A stretch of 57,971 nt of DNA, taken from positions 1-57,971 of the forward strand of contig JAIUMM010000006.1 in NCBI GenBank assembly GCA_022565615.1. Reading direction: 5' to 3'. Under the pieces are notes generated by a model. It had not been told where the DNA came from. It saw only the letters and a program-made list of their open reading frames with translations, and made no database searches. Of this stretch, positions 21,426-31,666 are shown in pieces. The position numbers and the translations under genes are program-made. This DNA is from Nanobdellota archaeon (GTDB taxonomy: Archaea > Nanobdellota > Nanobdellia > Woesearchaeales > UBA583). How positions within the stretch are numbered: position 1 is the stretch's first letter; every line of letters begins with the position of its first letter.

Positions 21426-23771
21426 ATGAATATCTCAAAAAAAACATGGATTTTGGTTTTATTATTACTATTAGTTATTTTAGCTGGTTGTAAAAAAGCA
21501 CCAACTAAAACAATTATTGATTTAGAAGGTTCTGAATTAATTGGAAGTGGGGAAGTAAGAGAGGCGAGAAGTATTGTTGATTCTCAAGGAAATGTGTTAT
21601 TCTCAAAAACAATTGAAGAATCAGGAGGTATGCTAGGAGGCATATTTACAAGTGATAGAGGAATTTTAAATGGTGATTGGAAAGGTGTTGGACCAACTGG
21701 TCAACAAGGGTTAATTAGGCAAGGTTCTTTTCCTGTAACAAATGCAACTACGTTAGGTAAAGGAGGAGGAGGAGGAGGTTCTTCAGGACCTTACACAGGA
21801 ATTAAAAGTTTCATTGAGGGTCAAGGTGCAAAAACTAGTGGAGATAGAACTCCTCTTGATTTTTATCCTGTAAATAATGAAAAATTGTTAGGTGGTACAT
21901 TTGTAATTGTGGGAGGAGAACCAGTTGCGTTAGGTAAAGGTGGAAGTGGAGGAGGGGGTTCAACAGGTCCAGATATTGAGAGAAATAATTTAAATTTACT
22001 TTCCTTAGAATTTTGGACTACAGATGAAGCTATGCAAAATTTAGTATTATTGGAAAGAGAGAATTTAAGACTTTCAAATACACAATATGCTCTTCCTAAT
22101 AGGGAGAAAGATTTTTTTATTGAAGATGAGAGATTATGTATTCAAGGAGGACAAATGATTTCAAATTTAATTTATTATAGGAGTGAAAATTCAGGGTGTT
22201 ATGGTAAAGGAAGTACTCAGTGTAGAGCTCATTTTGCAGAATTTCCATTATTTAAAAGTTGTACTTCTTTAACAGATTTGAGGAATACAGTTAATGTTCC
22301 ACAGAGTTGGGAAGAGTATTCTGTGAGTTGTAACTTTAATGATAATTTTGCAACTTTACCTTCATTTGTTAGAAATGTAAACATTGGTTATTCTCATTGT
22401 TTACTTAAAAATTTAGACAATTCTCAGCAATCAGTTTTAGTAGGTTTTGGAGTTGGAAATCCAACTCTTGAAATGCAGAGTTCAACTTTAGAAATTGAGC
22501 TTGAAGATTTTTTTAGGGGAATTAATGGAGGAATACAAGAACAAAATCAAATTGAAACAACATCAATTTCAGTTAAAGATTTTTCACAATCTATTATTAA
22601 TTTAGGTATGATATTAAGAGAAAATTTATATCTTGAAAAAAATGAATCAAGTGTTTCTTATGAACCTTCATTCCCTCGAACAATTAGGCAATTTAATGGT
22701 ACTCAATGTGACCCATCAATTGGAACTGAAGAGAGTAGCAGTTTTTTATTATGCCAATTATATAAAGAAGTTCCAATGAATACTGAACTTGAATCAGTTG
22801 CTCAATGGTATGAGTCTCAGGGTAATACAGTTCTTGCAAGATATCCAGGAACAGTTCATACGGGAAGTCATGAAGATAAAGTTTCAAGTAATTATTTATT
22901 TTTGGAGTCTAAAACAGTTTCAAATTTAGAGTTTATTAAGTATGAAGTGACATTATTAGAAAATTTAAAATACTACGTTGTTTTAAACCCTCAAACTTCA
23001 TGGTTTGCAGTATCAGATTATAATTTTGATATTGAAGAAGTTGTAAGAAGTGGGCACTTTAATTCTTCTTATACTCCTGAGAGATTATTTGTGAGGAAAA
23101 ATATTAATGGTTTAACATATACATTAACTGAAGAGAGTGAAACTTTGTTTTACAAATCAGGAAATATATTTGTACCTGAAAATCCTTATACTACTCTTCC
23201 TATTTATTTACTTCGAGTTGAAGGTGCAAGTTCAAATATGTGTGAAGAATTGTTTGGTTTATATTCATATGAGTCTAGTTCAGAACTTACATATGGTAAA
23301 CATTTAAGTTGTACTGTACAAGGAGGAACTCTTAATGCAATGTTGAGTGAAAAATTTTTTTCACAAAGATACTCACAAAGTAATCAAATGGGAGCAGGGT
23401 ATCTACTTATGAGAAATATTTTATTTTCTACTAATGATAATAGTCTTGAATCTTCTACTTCACAAGGTAGTTTCATAGCATCTCAAAGTTCACAAAGTAG
23501 TTCTTCTGAGTCTTTAGAAGATGAAATTTTAGAAGTGGAAGCAGATCCTTCTCCTTTTGTATTAGATTTACAAAGAGTTGCAGTAGGTTTACCAAATACG
23601 GGAGTCATTGAAAGTAGATTTGATACACGTTTTGATTTAACAGGAGATGGTCAAATTACTGCTCAAGATGCTCTTGATGCTTTAAGAGCTGAAAGTGGAC
23701 TTCAACCTTCTCATTTAAGTATTGTAGAAGTTTTAGAAGTTCGAGATTTATGGTTGAGTTTGCAAGATTAA
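21426..23771 (+). CDS. putative lipoprotein with Gly-rich repeats and C-terminal dockerin-like motif
   Basis: KK-hydrophobic-LAGC lipobox; LGKGG.GGG.S.GP twice; DLTGDGQITAQDAL. Confidence 0.7.
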   Translation: MNISKKTWILVLLLLLVILAGCKKAPTKTIIDLEGSELIGSGEVREARSIVDSQGNVLFSKTIEESGGMLGGIFTSDRGILNGDWKGVGPTGQQGLIRQGSFPVTNATTLGKGGGGGGSSGPYTGIKSFIEGQGAKTSGDRTPLDFYPVNNEKLLGGTFVIVGGEPVALGKGGSGGGGSTGPDIERNNLNLLSLEFWTTDEAMQNLVLLERENLRLSNTQYALPNREKDFFIEDERLCIQGGQMISNLIYYRSENSGCYGKGSTQCRAHFAEFPLFKSCTSLTDLRNTVNVPQSWEEYSVSCNFNDNFATLPSFVRNVNIGYSHCLLKNLDNSQQSVLVGFGVGNPTLEMQSSTLEIELEDFFRGINGGIQEQNQIETTSISVKDFSQSIINLGMILRENLYLEKNESSVSYEPSFPRTIRQFNGTQCDPSIGTEESSSFLLCQLYKEVPMNTELESVAQWYESQGNTVLARYPGTVHTGSHEDKVSSNYLFLESKTVSNLEFIKYEVTLLENLKYYVVLNPQTSWFAVSDYNFDIEEVVRSGHFNSSYTPERLFVRKNINGLTYTLTEESETLFYKSGNIFVPENPYTTLPIYLLRVEGASSNMCEELFGLYSYESSSELTYGKHLSCTVQGGTLNAMLSEKFFSQRYSQSNQMGAGYLLMRNILFSTNDNSLESSTSQGSFIASQSSQSSSSESLEDEILEVEADPSPFVLDLQRVAVGLPNTGVIESRFDTRFDLTGDGQITAQDALDALRAESGLQPSHLSIVEVLEVRDLWLSLQD

Positions 23772-23865
23772 TTAAGTTGATTTTTTATTACATTTTAATT
23801 TTTTAATTATTTATTTGTAAAATAAAAAGTAAATATTTTTAAATAGTAATTTCTTGGTATATGTA

Positions 23866-24093
23866 ATGGATTCAACACAAGTTAGTTCAAAAGCTCAAGA
23901 AATATTAGATTCATTTATGAAAGAGATGAATTCAATCTCACTAAATTCAAATTTTAATCTTAATAGAAAAATTTCTTATAGAGAAGAAAAAGAAGGGAGT
24001 TTAGCAACTGATGAATTTAGAGATGCTTTTTTAAATAATGCTATCAATAGATCACAAGATGCAATAATTACTAAAAAAGGAGATTGGGTATAG
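23866..24093 (+). CDS. gatC: GatC-like amidotransferase subunit
   Basis: Size and pattern (EILDSF...YREE...FLNNA) resemble archaeal GatC; gatA is in the window. Confidence 0.55.
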   Translation: MDSTQVSSKAQEILDSFMKEMNSISLNSNFNLNRKISYREEKEGSLATDEFRDAFLNNAINRSQDAIITKKGDWV

Positions 24094-24132
24094 AGTAAAG
24101 TAGTTAATAGTAAAATTTTATATGTTGATAAA

Positions 24133-24747
24133 ATGGCAGAAAAAAAAATAAAAAATAAAAAATCTATGAGTTATGAAGAACAAAGAGAATTAGAAAATAG
24201 AAGGACTGTTAAAATTTTCAGTGTAATATTATTAATTGTTATGGGTGGTTCAGTTATTGGTTTTTCAATTATAGGTACACCAACTTTAGGAGGTTCTGGG
24301 GCTGATGGTTCAAGAAATGTTCCATTTATGGAAGGCTTATTTCAAGATGGAGCAGGTAATACGTTTGATGGAGCAGTGTTAAATGGAATTCAATTTATAT
24401 TTTATGAAGATTTAACACCTTATAGAAATGATCCAGAATTAATTACTTTGAGTGAAAATTTATTACAAAATAAAGGAAGTGCAATTAATGTGTATGTTGA
24501 TGATGGATTTTTAAATGATAATGCTAGATTTTTTATTAATCAAGGTCTTCAAGTAAATTCAATTACTACAATTCCTAGTCAAAATTTAAGTTGTTCACAA
24601 AATCCAACTCTTGTATATACTACAAATGTGACTAATTTAGTAATTAATAATTCAGTAGAAAATTGTATGATTTTTGAAGCAACATCAGTTGAAGCTCAAT
24701 CTTTATCAAATGGTTTAGTATTTCATTTAATTAAAGATGTAAGATAA
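24133..24747 (+). CDS. hypothetical membrane-anchored protein
   Basis: Basic N-terminus, single TM. Confidence 0.6.
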   Translation: MAEKKIKNKKSMSYEEQRELENRRTVKIFSVILLIVMGGSVIGFSIIGTPTLGGSGADGSRNVPFMEGLFQDGAGNTFDGAVLNGIQFIFYEDLTPYRNDPELITLSENLLQNKGSAINVYVDDGFLNDNARFFINQGLQVNSITTIPSQNLSCSQNPTLVYTTNVTNLVINNSVENCMIFEATSVEAQSLSNGLVFHLIKDVR

Positions 24748-24864
24748 TTGAATTTAGAAATTATATGAAAAAAATATTTGAGTTTTTTAAATATTTAATT
24801 TTTTAAGATTTAACATATTGGTATTAATACTAACATTTAAAATAGACCAATTCTTTTATTCATT

Positions 24865-26325
24865 ATGGAAAATAATAAAAAACTTCAATTTGAAATTGTT
24901 ATTCTAGGAGATGGGGCTGGTGCTAATTTAGCAAGAAAGTTGGCTCAATTTGGATATAAAATAGCTTTAATTGGACACGGAAGACCTGGTGGAACTTGTT
25001 TAAATAGAGGTTGTATACCTTCTAAAAAATTAATTGCTCCTATATTTAAAATTCATGAGGCAATTAAAACTCTTCAAAAATATTCTATTTCAAATAATTA
25101 TAAAAAAGAAGAGTTAGATGAGTTAAAAGTTATTAATTTTATTAATTTTAAGAAATTAAAAGAAGAGGTTTTAAAAGAAGTTAGTCAAGACTCTTTAAAT
25201 TCAAAAGAGATGATGATAAGTGGAAAAATTGAAAATTTAACATACTTCTCCTCTCATGCTACATTTGTAGATGATTTCACATTAAAACTTGAAGATGAGA
25301 CAATTATTTCTTATGATAAAATAGTAATTGCAACAGGTTCAAGGCCTAGAGTTCCAAGCGAGATTAAAGGAATTGATTCAATTGAATATGATACTTCAAC
25401 AGAAGCATTATTTTCACAAGATGAAATTTCAAAATATACAATACTTGGGGGAGGAGTTATTGCATGTGAATTAGGAGCTTTGTATGCAGCTTGTGGAGTT
25501 GAAGTAACAATTCTTGCAACAGGAGGACTTTTAAGACCAATTGATGATATGTTAAAGAAGAAAGTTGAGCAATATTTAGAAGAACTTGGAATTACTATTA
25601 TAAAAAAAGTTCAAATTGAAAAAATCGAAGAAAAAAATTCAATGATTAAAATTGATTACTCAAAAGAAAAATTATCTCAAAGTTTAATTACTCCAAGATT
25701 ATTAGTGGCTTTAGGAATTGCACCAAATACAGATTCTTTATATCTTGATAATACATCAATTGAGATAACTCAAAGAGGATTTATTGAAGTTGACGATTTA
25801 ACATTTAAAATTAAAAATTCAAATCATATGTTCGCTATTGGAGATTGTGTTGGGAAATCTCAATTAAGACATGGAGCAGGATTTGAAGCAAGAGAAGTAT
25901 TTAAACAATTAGTACTTGGTGAGAAAAGTGTATTATCACAAGATTATATGCCTTATGGAATTTATTTAGGAACTTGTGAGGTTGCAGGTTGTGGTAAAAC
26001 GTCTCAACAATTAAAAAAAGAAAGAGTTGATTTTCAAACATATACCAAAGACTTTGAAACAACAGTATATGGAAAAGCCAAAGGACTTAAGGGAACTTGT
26101 GTAATTCATTACCACTCAAATACACTTGAAATTTTAGGAAGTCACATCTTTGGAAATGACGCAGTTAATTTAAATCAAATACTTGTACCATATATTGAGG
26201 AGAAGAAAACATTATTTGATTTATCTGATACTATATCTCCTCATCCTTCTCTTGCAGAAGGATTATTTACAATCTCAATTAGAGAGATAGTATATGAGCA
26301 TTGGAAGAAAGATTTAAATAAATAA
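24865..26325 (+). CDS. dihydrolipoamide dehydrogenase-family disulfide oxidoreductase
   Basis: GGTCLNRGCIPSK, ATGSRP, GGGVIACE, HPSLAE. Confidence 0.88.
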   Translation: MENNKKLQFEIVILGDGAGANLARKLAQFGYKIALIGHGRPGGTCLNRGCIPSKKLIAPIFKIHEAIKTLQKYSISNNYKKEELDELKVINFINFKKLKEEVLKEVSQDSLNSKEMMISGKIENLTYFSSHATFVDDFTLKLEDETIISYDKIVIATGSRPRVPSEIKGIDSIEYDTSTEALFSQDEISKYTILGGGVIACELGALYAACGVEVTILATGGLLRPIDDMLKKKVEQYLEELGITIIKKVQIEKIEEKNSMIKIDYSKEKLSQSLITPRLLVALGIAPNTDSLYLDNTSIEITQRGFIEVDDLTFKIKNSNHMFAIGDCVGKSQLRHGAGFEAREVFKQLVLGEKSVLSQDYMPYGIYLGTCEVAGCGKTSQQLKKERVDFQTYTKDFETTVYGKAKGLKGTCVIHYHSNTLEILGSHIFGNDAVNLNQILVPYIEEKKTLFDLSDTISPHPSLAEGLFTISIREIVYEHWKKDLNK

Positions 26326-26344
26326 TTAATTAGTAATTTAGAAT

Positions 26345-26602
26345 ATGGAACAAAAAACTACTTGGAATCAAAAAAATAATACTTTAACAAAAACATTTGA
26401 GTTTTCAAATTTTAAAGAAGTTAGTGAATTTGCAAAGAAATTATTTGAGTTATATAAAGAACTAAATCACCATCCAGACACATTACTTCACAATTATAAA
26501 TTAATTACAATTACAACTACAACACACGATGCTAAAAACACTTTAACAAAATTAGATTTTGAATTAAGTAGAAGAGTTGATGAGGTTTTTAATAAACTAT
26601 AG
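26345..26602 (+). CDS. pterin-4-alpha-carbinolamine dehydratase family
   Basis: LTKTFEFSNF, NHHPD, TTHD...LTKLD. Confidence 0.88.
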   Translation: MEQKTTWNQKNNTLTKTFEFSNFKEVSEFAKKLFELYKELNHHPDTLLHNYKLITITTTTHDAKNTLTKLDFELSRRVDEVFNKL

Positions 26603-26655
26603 TTTATTAGATTTAAATTTAATACTTTTTTTATTTTATATAATTTATCTTTTCT

Positions 26656-28845
26656 CTATAGACTTGATAGTACATTTCCTCCTACAAATGAGAAGAGAAC
26701 AATTCCAACTCCTACAACTATTGCATACTTAGTAATTGATGAAATCATTGTATTTCCAAGTTCATATTGAACATGAATAGGATCAGCATTTGAATCTAGT
26801 TGGCTAATAATTAAAATTAAAATTATAATTAAACTAAGTAGATATAAGCCAACACTTGTTTGAAATAAAAATGTTGGAACACCATTTCCAATTGAAAAAC
26901 TAGCAAGAGCAGCACCATCTGATTGAGATGCTAAATCATCAATACTCTCAGACAATTGACCCATAATTAGACTCACAAGACTTACAATTGCAACAACTAC
27001 AGCTGAGATAAGAGGAGCTAAAAATTTAGCTTGTCCTTTCATTGATGAAACTGATTCTGAGAGTAAATCTTTCATTCTCTCATTAGCTGAGTGCATTTCA
27101 CTTAAATATCTAGATAAATCAATTAATGTTTTAGCAGCAATTTCAGGTCCTTTTTCTACTGCACGAATAAATATTTTCATACTTGAAATAATTAACTCTG
27201 AAGGATAATTAAGAATAGCTCCTTTTTCACTATCAAAAATTGCCTTCTCTATACTCATACCATTAAATTTAATATTTTTATCAACTATTGCAAAAAAATC
27301 TCCAGTAGGAGTTCCCTTCATAGTATCAGCAACTGCTCCAAATGCAAGCTCTGCAGAAATTCCTTCATTGAGTCTATTTCCAAGTTGAAATGTAGCAGTT
27401 GAAAATTGTCTTTCTAAAAGTCTTGTAGTATCATGAAGGTGAACAAATGGTTTAGTCTTAAGTTTAAAATATGTTCCAAGCATATATGCTAGACTAATTG
27501 GAATTAAAATACTTAAAAGTCCAGGAAAAATACCATAAGGTCCATAACAAAATAAATCTTCTTGAACTAAATTTGCATAATTTTGAAATGTTCCAAATAC
27601 TGAATCATCTCCAAATACGACTCTAAACCTATCATTTAATTCAACTTCTAATGCACTCAAACAAGTAGTTTCATCATATCCAAAATGTGCTAAAAGTGGA
27701 AAGATTCCTAACAGAAATAAAATTCCACCTAAAAATAGAGCTGTAAAAATAGGTGGAAACTGAAATTTTTTTGTATTTCCTATCTTATAATACCACTGCC
27801 ATAAACTTGCAGTTTTAATAGAATTTTTAGAAAGACTAGTATTTCCACCAGGTCTGTCTTTCATAAGAGAAAAACCCGAGTATCCAACAAACACAGGTAT
27901 TAAAATATTATACATAATAATCATAACTTCAAAAATAGCTTGAGGATTTGAAAATGAAGCAGCAAGAGGCAAAATAATTAATCCCAATATTGGAAGTACA
28001 ATTCCAAGCATATTAAAAGATGAAATTTTTTCTTTTAATTCTTGAGCAAAATGGAGCATTTTTTCATAATTTCCTTGTAAAATAATATCAAGAGATTTAT
28101 CTAATAAAGAAAGTCTTCTACTCTCATCTGATTCATATAAAGAGGATTCAATTAAATAAATTGATTCTAGAAATTCTAAATTATCTTCTCTCCATTTCTT
28201 TAAATATTCATCAAATGCTGCTTTTAAACTTGGAAATTGAGATGTTTCAAGTTGCCAGAGAACTTTTTTAAAATCAAGTGAGAGAGGAGGCTGTAAATAA
28301 TTTGCAGCAAATTCTGTTGCAAGTTCAAAATTTGAATTAAATCTCATATATGCTACAATATAAAAAATTCCAGTAATAATTTGATCATTAGATTTATTTC
28401 TAAAACTAATTGCAAATAGTTCAGGTATTTTTTGAAAAATAAAATAAGCAGCAACTGAGAGAATGATAAATCCAAATGCAAGTGCATTTCTTCCAAGTAT
28501 AAAAAATGAAACTCCAACTAACATAAAAAATATTGCACCTAGAATTGTAAAACTCATAACTCCAATAGGTGATATATGAAGATGAGAATTTTCAATGTGC
28601 TTTTCAATATCCTCTTTACTTTTTTTATCAGGTTCAATTGGTAAAATTTTTTGACAAATATTACAAATTTTCTCATATAATGAAAAAGAACTAGGAAGAT
28701 TCTCACGTCTAAATGTCTCATAATCTTGAGTAAATTCTCTATTGAATTCAAAATCTCCTCCTTTTAAGTTTTGAATAGTTTTAGAGTCTAAATTTTGAGC
28801 TAATTTTTCTTCAAATCGTTTAACAAATAACTCTTTTTCATCCAT
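26656..28845 (-). CDS. type IV pilus/T2SS platform protein (TadB/C, ArlJ-like)
   Basis: 729 aa, two cytoplasmic domains each followed by TM bundles, GIVLPILGLIILPL. Confidence 0.7.
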   Translation of the reverse strand: MDEKELFVKRFEEKLAQNLDSKTIQNLKGGDFEFNREFTQDYETFRRENLPSSFSLYEKICNICQKILPIEPDKKSKEDIEKHIENSHLHISPIGVMSFTILGAIFFMLVGVSFFILGRNALAFGFIILSVAAYFIFQKIPELFAISFRNKSNDQIITGIFYIVAYMRFNSNFELATEFAANYLQPPLSLDFKKVLWQLETSQFPSLKAAFDEYLKKWREDNLEFLESIYLIESSLYESDESRRLSLLDKSLDIILQGNYEKMLHFAQELKEKISSFNMLGIVLPILGLIILPLAASFSNPQAIFEVMIIMYNILIPVFVGYSGFSLMKDRPGGNTSLSKNSIKTASLWQWYYKIGNTKKFQFPPIFTALFLGGILFLLGIFPLLAHFGYDETTCLSALEVELNDRFRVVFGDDSVFGTFQNYANLVQEDLFCYGPYGIFPGLLSILIPISLAYMLGTYFKLKTKPFVHLHDTTRLLERQFSTATFQLGNRLNEGISAELAFGAVADTMKGTPTGDFFAIVDKNIKFNGMSIEKAIFDSEKGAILNYPSELIISSMKIFIRAVEKGPEIAAKTLIDLSRYLSEMHSANERMKDLLSESVSSMKGQAKFLAPLISAVVVAIVSLVSLIMGQLSESIDDLASQSDGAALASFSIGNGVPTFLFQTSVGLYLLSLIIILILIISQLDSNADPIHVQYELGNTMISSITKYAIVVGVGIVLFSFVGGNVLSSL

Positions 28846-28989
28846 TTTAGTTTATATATATTATAATAGCTCAATATTAAATGTAACACCTCTAATACTA
28901 ATATTTTTTAGAATTAGACTCTATATTACAATAGTTATACTTATAAATTAAAATAAACCCTTATAAAAATTTTTCAACTCTAATTAGTT

Positions 28990-29619
28990 ATGAATTTAAC
29001 AAAAAATTTAAGAAGCTTTTCGAAACAAAAAGTATTAATGTTAACATATTTTTTTTTCCTTCAAATTTTTTTATTTTTTTGGATAATTGGGATTGAAAAA
29101 GACCTAAATTTATTGTTATATTTTTGTTATCATGCTCCTTTATTAATTATAATATTACTTTTATGTAATCAAGAAAAATTAATTCCGACTCTTATTATAT
29201 TTTCATTATTTGCTCAATTATTGTACATATTTGATTTTATGATCTCACACATAATAAAAGATTCTTTGTTAGGATATTATGATTACTATCTAAATCCACA
29301 TATAGTGGTTCATATCCTAACTCTTTTAGCTCATTTCACAAGTATAATTTTACTACATTATTATTCTCATATAAAACCACAACCAAAACATTTGGTAATA
29401 ACATTTGTATATACATTTACAATTTATTTAATTGTTATATTATTTATTCCTCTAGAGTACAATATTAATGGAATTTCTACAACATATACTATGTTAGACT
29501 ATTTACCAATGTATTCAATTTTATATCCAGTATATCATTTAATAATCATTGCAATTCCAACATATTTTTTACTCTTAATGATTTATATGTTTAGAAGTAG
29601 AAGAAATTCAATTATGTAA
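28990..29619 (+). CDS. integral membrane protein
   Basis: About 6 TM helices, YFCYH, NING. Confidence 0.6.
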   Translation: MNLTKNLRSFSKQKVLMLTYFFFLQIFLFFWIIGIEKDLNLLLYFCYHAPLLIIILLLCNQEKLIPTLIIFSLFAQLLYIFDFMISHIIKDSLLGYYDYYLNPHIVVHILTLLAHFTSIILLHYYSHIKPQPKHLVITFVYTFTIYLIVILFIPLEYNINGISTTYTMLDYLPMYSILYPVYHLIIIAIPTYFLLLMIYMFRSRRNSIM

Positions 29620-29680
29620 TAAAATTTTCAATATTGTAAATTTGTGTAGTTTAGTTAAGAATAAATTAACCTAAGAAATA

Positions 29681-29918
29681 TATTAAATGAATATTTTATT
29701 ATATGTAATATATAATAAAGTATTTTGTGTTAGTTAGTTACACAAGTTGCGTTCTTGTGTAAATATTATATAGTGGAAACTATATATAAATCTTATTAGA
29801 AACTATTGATAATTCTTAAGAATTTAATGAAATTATAAGAAACCAAAATTTTTAATTTAAAAGTAGTTAAAATAAGTTATTGGATTTAAAGTACTCATAT
29901 TTAATACAGAGATAGATT
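29681..29918 (+). ncRNA. candidate structured RNA with RNase P-like elements
   Basis: Consecutive hairpins (15, 9 and 8 bp, one with GGAA loop) then AGAAA-hairpin-TGAAA closed by TCTTAT/ATAAGA; CR-I not found. Confidence 0.35.
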
Positions 29919-30141
29919 AATAATTTTGAGTGGAATTTTTAAATTGAATTCCTCTTTTTAAAAATTCAAGAATTATTGAAGCTTCTTCAACTTGAATATT
30001 GAATTTTTGAGATAATTCAAGAGGAGTATGTATGTTCTTACTCATAATATATGAAGTTAACTCTTGAGCTTTAGAAGAAGATTTGAAATCATATTTTTCA
30101 ATAATTTCTTGAAACTTTTTATGTAACTCTTGAATTTCCAT
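29917..30141 (-). CDS. small hypothetical protein
   Basis: ORF after sufC; start moved to ATG 30141. Confidence 0.55.
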   Translation of the reverse strand: MEIQELHKKFQEIIEKYDFKSSSKAQELTSYIMSKNIHTPLELSQKFNIQVEEASIILEFLKRGIQFKNSTQNY

Positions 30142-30163
30142 TTTTAAATTTGTATTTAATAAT

Positions 30164-30901
30164 TTATTTAATCTTTTTACCTTTAAATCCGTGTTGTAAA
30201 ATTTCAAGTCCTAACTCTTTTGAACCTTCTTTTGCAACTCCTCCTTCATCAAGTATAATAACTTTTGAAATATCTAAATTTTTTAATAAATATTCATGAT
30301 GAGATACAATAATAAATGTAGTATTACACTCTTCTTGCAAATATTTAATTACTTTTGAAATAGTTTTAAGTCCATCTACATCAATTCCAGAATCAATTTC
30401 ATCAAGAAGTGCAATTTTTGGTTTTAATAATAATAATTGAAGAAGTTCATTTTTTTTTCTCTCTCCTCCTGAAAATCCAACATTCATCTCTCTTTGATTA
30501 AATTCTTTTTTCATTTCTAAAAACTCCATTGCTTCATCAAGTTGTTTTCTAAATTCTTTAGGTTTAATTTTAATATCATTATATTTTTCAACAATAGTTC
30601 TCAAATAAAGAAGTTGAGTGACTCCAGGGAGTTCAATTGGTTGTTGAAATGATAAAAAGAGTCCTTTTTTTGCTCTCTCTTCAACCTCTAATTGAGTAAT
30701 GTCCTCTGAATTGAGAATTATACTTCCTTCTAAAAGATAATTAGGATTTCCCATAATTGCTTGAACTAAACTAGATTTTCCAGCTCCATTTGGTCCCATA
30801 AGCATCGTAATTTTCTTAAGATCAAATTCAAGATTTATATTTTGTAATAATGGAGTATCTACTTCATTAATAGATACATTAATATTTTTTAATTGTAACA
30901 T
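30164..30901 (-). CDS. sufC: Fe-S assembly ATPase SufC
   Basis: GPNGAGKSS, FLSFQQPIELPGV, GFSGGERKKNE, LDEIDSGIDVD; start moved to ATG 30901. Confidence 0.93.
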   Translation of the reverse strand: MLQLKNINVSINEVDTPLLQNINLEFDLKKITMLMGPNGAGKSSLVQAIMGNPNYLLEGSIILNSEDITQLEVEERAKKGLFLSFQQPIELPGVTQLLYLRTIVEKYNDIKIKPKEFRKQLDEAMEFLEMKKEFNQREMNVGFSGGERKKNELLQLLLLKPKIALLDEIDSGIDVDGLKTISKVIKYLQEECNTTFIIVSHHEYLLKNLDISKVIILDEGGVAKEGSKELGLEILQHGFKGKKIK

Positions 30902-31051
30902 AAATAAACAAATAAATATAAATTTAAAATAGTTTCTATAACTTTTCTTTTTAAAAGTGATTTTAATAGTAACCTTTAACCTTAGAGTTTGCATTATTTT
31001 TAACATTTTTTGAAAATTAAATTTAAAAGCAAACAAAGATTATTCAAATAT

Positions 31052-31666
31052 ATGGAAAAAGATTTACAAACCACAGTACTTGTGACATCAGATTTATATG
31101 CTTCAATTGATACATTATGTAGTTGTGAAGCATACAGTTATTTTTTATTACAAAATGGATTTAAATCTACACATATTCAAGAAAAAAATTTAATTGAACT
31201 TGAGCAAAAAGTATTTGAATTTTGTGGATTAGAAACTCCTATTAAAACAGATATTTTTATTGAAGAAAATAACTATAATAAAGTAGAGGAAAATACAGAA
31301 ATTAAATTTATCTGTATAAATATTAAGTCATTTGAAAATATGCCCAAACAAATTACTCCTCAAAACATTCAAGGAATAATGGGTAATGAAAAACCAGATT
31401 TTTTTGATCATTTTGAAGAAAATATTCCAATGAAGCATATTGAAAATGTAAATTCATTCTCAACATTAATTGCTGAAAAATTCAAATATACAAATACTTC
31501 AATCTCTCCTCAAATTGCATCCCTATTATTAGTTGGAATAATTTTAAGTTTAAATGGATTAGAAGAGAGTCAAACAACTAATAGAGATTTTATAGCAGTT
31601 GAATATTTAGAGCAATTCTCAACAATTTCAAAAGATAAAATTAATGCATTAGTAAATCAATTATAA
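31052..31666 (+). CDS. degenerate DHH-family (family II pyrophosphatase-like) domain
   Basis: IDTLCSCEAYS, ENVNSFSTLIAE, ASLLLVGII, TTNRD mirror the PpaC N-domain; no DHH motif. Confidence 0.6.
   Translation: MEKDLQTTVLVTSDLYASIDTLCSCEAYSYFLLQNGFKSTHIQEKNLIELEQKVFEFCGLETPIKTDIFIEENNYNKVEENTEIKFICINIKSFENMPKQITPQNIQGIMGNEKPDFFDHFEENIPMKHIENVNSFSTLIAEKFKYTNTSISPQIASLLLVGIILSLNGLEESQTTNRDFIAVEYLEQFSTISKDKINALVNQL

Noticed and set aside
29771-29780. ORB-like AGTGGAAAC suggesting a replication origin
   Set aside because: Single partial match with no G-string and no orc1/cdc6 nearby; better explained as a GGAA-capped hairpin
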